From a virus: a stretch of 64,000 nucleotides of DNA. Shown one piece after another: positions 62,126 through 64,000 of the stretch. The notes under the pieces were generated by a model. It saw nothing but the letters and a program-made list of their open reading frames with translations, made no database searches and had not been told where the DNA came from. The position numbers and the translations under genes are program-made. The stretch covers positions 32,001 through 96,000 of the IMG/VR virus record IMGVR_UViG_3300031111_000001. One strand, given 5' to 3'. The first letter of the stretch is position 1; each line of letters starts with the position of its first letter.

Positions 62126-62491
62126 ATGCTGAACCGCACCCGCTTCAACCGTTCCACCCGCCGTGAACTGGCCTTCCGCACCATGCGTGGCGTGAACCCC
62201 AGAGGCCCCGAAGTTTCCCGTGCCAAGCTGGAAGGCTTCCTGCGCGAACAGGGCCAGGGCGGCAAGGTCTTCTCCGTGTCCTTCTGCAAGCTCAATGGCC
62301 AACCCCGTGACATGGTCTGCCGCCTGGGCGTCAAGAAGGGCGTCAAGAATCCCGGCCAGCGTTCCACCGCCGAGCAGGACTGCCTGCCCTACATCACGGT
62401 CTTCGACATGCAGTGCGGCGGTTTCCGCAACATCAACCTGTCCACCATCTACGGCATCCGCGCCGGGGGCCAGGACTTCTCCGTCTGCTAG
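62126..62491 (+). CDS. SH3/WYL-like beta-barrel protein
   Basis: FSVSFCKLNGQPRDMVCRLGV..VFDM..GFRNIN; AAGGAG RBS. Confidence 0.7.
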   Translation: MLNRTRFNRSTRRELAFRTMRGVNPRGPEVSRAKLEGFLREQGQGGKVFSVSFCKLNGQPRDMVCRLGVKKGVKNPGQRSTAEQDCLPYITVFDMQCGGFRNINLSTIYGIRAGGQDFSVC

Positions 62492-62570
62492 ATCGTTTCA
62501 TTCCTTCCTTCGCAACTGGCCCCGTCCTGCGAACGGACGGGGCCAAAACCTACCACACTATGGGAGCCAC

Positions 62571-62741
62571 ATGGAAACGACCGCCAACTGCGATGGCAAA
62601 AACATCTTCGAAGTCCTTCAGGACATGGGTAACGCCGTGGAAGACGCGAGGGATAGTCTGCTCGTCGGCGTCACCCCAAAAGAGGCCGTGGCCGCACTGG
62701 TGAACCTGATCCAGCAGGGGCTGATGCCGTTGATCAAGTGA
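62571..62741 (+). CDS. Small hypothetical protein
   Basis: GGGAG RBS; METTANCDGKNIFEVLQ... Confidence 0.55.
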   Translation: METTANCDGKNIFEVLQDMGNAVEDARDSLLVGVTPKEAVAALVNLIQQGLMPLIK

Positions 62742-62799
62742 TCCAGAAAGCGCCCCTCTTGGCTTGGGGAGGTCTGAGACGGGGCAGGGTATCAAAGGA

Positions 62800-62840
62800 A
62801 CAGAAAAGGCCCTCAGAATTGATCTGAGGGCCTTTTCTGT
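62800..62840. terminator. Bidirectional intrinsic terminator
   Basis: Perfect 18-bp inverted repeat ACAGAAAAGGCCCTCAGA-attga-TCTGAGGGCCTTTTCTGT between convergent genes. Confidence 0.85.
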
Positions 62841-62858
62841 GGGTCTGAATAAATGGGT

Positions 62859-63368
62859 CTAGTCCTCTTTCGGCTTAGTGTACCCGCCCGCCTTTTTGCG
62901 GCAGATCGAGCAGAGGCCATCGGGCCTTGGCTTGTAGACCCGGCGGTCGCAGCCTTCGTTCGTGCAAAACACTGGCGGCGTCGGTTCTTTGCGGGGGACT
63001 GGAGAGTCGCCCTTGGGTGGTCTGCCGATTTTTGGCTTGTACTCCTTGAGCCAGTTCGGATGGATCAGACGGACCCGGCCTTTGAGGACCGACTTGATCT
63101 TGCCCTGGCTGGTCAGCCAGCGCAGGTAGGCCACAGTGCTATCCATCTGCTCCGCAGCATCGCGCAGCGTCAAATATGTGTCGGGCATGTAGGGGTACTG
63201 CGGCAGCGGCCCACACGCATTGGGCCAGCGTTTGTCCACGTCCTCGCGCACTACAAGACGGATGCCCTGGTGCGTCTCCATGCGGACTTTGTTGTTCTCG
63301 ACAGCCCGCCACACGGAGGATAGCGAGGTGCCGGTGTAGTCCACCGCTTCTTTGATGGTCAGTAGCAT
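62859..63368 (-). CDS. Tandem excisionase-type HTH protein with C-terminal Cys motif
   Basis: LLTIKEAVDYTGTSLSSVWRAV and YLTLRDAAEQMDSTVAYLRWL; IGRPPK; CTNEGC..LCSIC. Confidence 0.75.
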   Translation of the reverse strand: MLLTIKEAVDYTGTSLSSVWRAVENNKVRMETHQGIRLVVREDVDKRWPNACGPLPQYPYMPDTYLTLRDAAEQMDSTVAYLRWLTSQGKIKSVLKGRVRLIHPNWLKEYKPKIGRPPKGDSPVPRKEPTPPVFCTNEGCDRRVYKPRPDGLCSICRKKAGGYTKPKED

Positions 63369-63442
63369 TGAGGCTCCTCTGAAATGTTTGCAAACCACTT
63401 AACCTTTTTGACGGTTGCCGTCAAGAACTTTCTGGAGAGATT

Positions 63443-63694
63443 ATGAGCGAAAAAGTAGTAAACCCTGAGCCGGAACCCATCAGGCACCCGCACAATTTCT
63501 TGCGCACAACCATTGTTTGGACCGTGCCCTTGCGCGGCGAGGACCATACCGACAAGCTGCGCGACGTGGCCCAGGCCGAGGCCGAGCGCCTGCGCGAGGG
63601 TATCCCGCAACAGACTGACCAGGGCGATAGCGCGGAGGTATTGAAGGTGGAGTTGATCTCCACGGACGGCAGAACCGTCTTGGCTGAATATTGA
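63443..63694 (+). CDS. Hypothetical protein
   Basis: GGAG RBS. Confidence 0.6.
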   Translation: MSEKVVNPEPEPIRHPHNFLRTTIVWTVPLRGEDHTDKLRDVAQAEAERLREGIPQQTDQGDSAEVLKVELISTDGRTVLAEY

Positions 63695-63823
63695 TTATGA
63701 TCCCGGTGCCGGAAGGTGCCGGGATTTTATTTTGGAAAAGTTAAAAAAGTGGTTGACTTTCTTCTCGACCCGTGAGAGGTTGTTTTCACGCAACAGAGCA
63801 ACACCAACTACGGAGACACCGAA

Positions 63824-64000
63824 ATGGCGACCTACACGATTACCTTCAAAAATACCAGCGCGACCTTCTTGTTGGTCGGCGACTACCATCAGGTCATCAG
63901 TGAACACGAAGACAAGAAAGATGCCCTGGACGCTCTGGAGAGCTTCACGCTCGTCGAAATGGAGCAGGGCAAGTGGGGCATTGTTCAAGTGGTTGAGCCC
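63824..64000 (+). CDS. Hypothetical protein (runs off window)
   Basis: TTGACT promoter at 63753, GGAG RBS, MATYTITFKNTS... Confidence 0.6.
   Translation, partial: MATYTITFKNTSATFLLVGDYHQVISEHEDKKDALDALESFTLVEMEQGKWGIVQVVEP

Noticed and set aside
1-64000. Alternative genetic code or stop-codon recoding
   Set aside because: Conserved genes are full-length in the standard code, and TAA, TAG and TGA all serve as ends.

Overview
The whole window looks like one segment of a large temperate dsDNA phage. An anaerobic host is inferred from the class III RNR; no clear host chromosomal genes are present. Layout: tail, fibre and lysis genes (+, 1-7.3 kb); an intact attP-like site carrying the 5' half of tRNA-Gly(CCC), a tyrosine integrase and a convergent excisionase (7.4-9.3 kb); a long minus-strand arm of nucleotide-metabolism, recombination and replication genes (thyX, PIN-PhoH, nrdD/nrdG, dUTPase, SbcCD, ligase, RecA, DnaE, SF2 helicase; 9.3-38.8 kb); an AT-rich putative origin between divergent phage-type promoters (~38.9-39.1 kb); a plus-strand arm with DnaB, an RNA-repair cluster (Rnl2-type ligase, RtcB, CCA enzyme, nucleotidyltransferase), exonuclease and primase; a repressor / CobT-CobS-sigma divergent switch; and small early genes behind TTGACA promoters. 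The most striking element is a ~0.9 kb non-coding array (20493-21414, minus strand) directly upstream of a DUF2828 (TROVE/Ro60-like by inference) gene. It holds seven stem-closed RNA units sharing a TTCAGCAA-type motif. Three of them enclose a circularly permuted tRNA core (Y RNA/YrlA-like topology), and one sequesters the gene's own start codon. Other highlights: a split NrdD whose glycyl-radical loop is a separate 44-aa ORF missing from the ORF track, a DnaE fused to a degenerate UDG domain, and an ECF-like sigma gene with a matching five-copy promoter motif. All product calls come from motif recognition by eye; no database searches were run.
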